54,673 nucleotides of DNA. Origin: Octopus sinensis (lineage: Eukaryota). The position numbers and the translations under genes were made by a program. The notes beneath the pieces were generated by a model. That model saw nothing but the letters and a program-made list of their open reading frames with translations. It made no database searches and was not told where the DNA came from. Each line of letters starts with the position of its first letter. Positions within the stretch are counted from its first letter, which is position 1. The stretch lies in the NCBI RefSeq assembly GCF_006345805.1, contig NW_021833881.1, positions 1 through 54,673 of the forward strand. The letters are read 5' to 3'. This document shows positions 53,702-54,673 of the stretch, one piece after another.

Positions 53702-54673
53702 TCTTTATCGAGCACGAAAAATAAGAAGAAAAGAGTTTTACGACCAGGTTATTAGATAGTCATGTAATTAATTCTTTGATTTGTGTACAGAGAAAATGGA
53801 GTAAGTGATGACAAAATAATAGTGCGCAGGATTATTAAGATCAACTATTTAACAAATCTTTTTTTATTAAGTATAAACATAAAATATTGGAACAAAAATG
53901 GGTTAATTTTGAACTTACGAGTTAACATTTAGTATATCTCATCAATTCCTGTCTGACATGATGTTTATAGACTGACTGTTAGGCCAAGAACATATGTTGG
54001 AAGAGGAAGTACCTTTATATTCGGAGAGGTTAATACTCTTTGTTTATCTAACATTCATTCTAATTACAGCATATATTACCTTCATGGCTACGCTTCGTCT
54101 TTTCAGATGAGCTATTAAGATAGTGGTCAACCGTTGGTGTTATTGTGTTCATTAGAATTTCAGTTATGTTGATCGTAATATGAACTAATTTAATGTTTAA
54201 TTAATATTGGTATAGTATTTGCTTTTCGTTTTATTTAAATCTGCTTAATAGACGTTAATGGAATTGTTAATAAGCAATATTTTTACGAGTGTTTAATTCA
54301 TATTCATTCAGTGTAATGACATTTAAGTAGCAACCATATTCTGCTCTGTTTCTGTAGTTTGTGGTTTAGAAATCTACATATGTGTTGTGGGGAATCCCTT
54401 CTACTTCAAGTATAGTCTTGATATTTCTAATAATTTCTCAAGAGATTTTAAATACATTTTGACAACATTCGACGGCGTGTTCTGCTTGGTATTGAAACCT
54501 TAACGATTTCCAATCATGCAGCTGATGATCTCCGCTCATTTAAAATTCTTATTTATTATCATTATTTTGTGATTGTAGTTGTTTGCGTGCTTCATATTAC
54601 GCAAGTGATCGGATTTTATTTCGATCTTCCGGGTAGTTTATTTTCTTCAGCAGTTGGATACCATCCCGATTGC

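Noticed and set aside
54518-54545. CTGATGA motif (also CTGACGA at 15254)
   Set aside because: No stem II followed by GAAA, so not a hammerhead.

Overview
Eukaryotic, AT-rich DNA saturated with microsatellites and interspersed repeats. The repeat families resemble those I recall from Octopus/cephalopod genomes; this attribution is inference and needs a BLAST check. I find no intact host protein-coding gene, no prokaryotic operon and no CRISPR array. Almost all ORFs in the supplied track are translations of simple repeats. Supportable content: (1) about 20 full or partial tRNA-derived SINE copies of at least three families (Meta-domain-like, CORE-like, and a 380-bp family); (2) four mariner relics; (3) a 5'-truncated R4/Dong-type RLE retrotransposon in (AAT)n plus older relics; (4) RTE and CR1-like fragments; (5) two non-autonomous Helitron copies; (6) two MITE/foldback elements; (7) a 3'-truncated U1 snRNA pseudogene; (8) a near-identical 1.25-kb tandem duplication. 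The most interesting signal is two unrelated small non-coding repeat families carrying minimal type I hammerhead ribozyme cores, each arranged as an inverted pair with 3' ends outward, as in Penelope-like insertions. One family has a tRNA-like Pol III head (a candidate ribozyme-bearing SINE or retrozyme). The other retains an intact CUGACGA/GAAA/GUU core. Also notable: two locally templated insertions, a shared (ATT)n junction pattern between U1 and an unclassified 475-bp element, and an identical SINE-SINE junction at two loci. All coordinates were counted by eye and may be off by a few bases.
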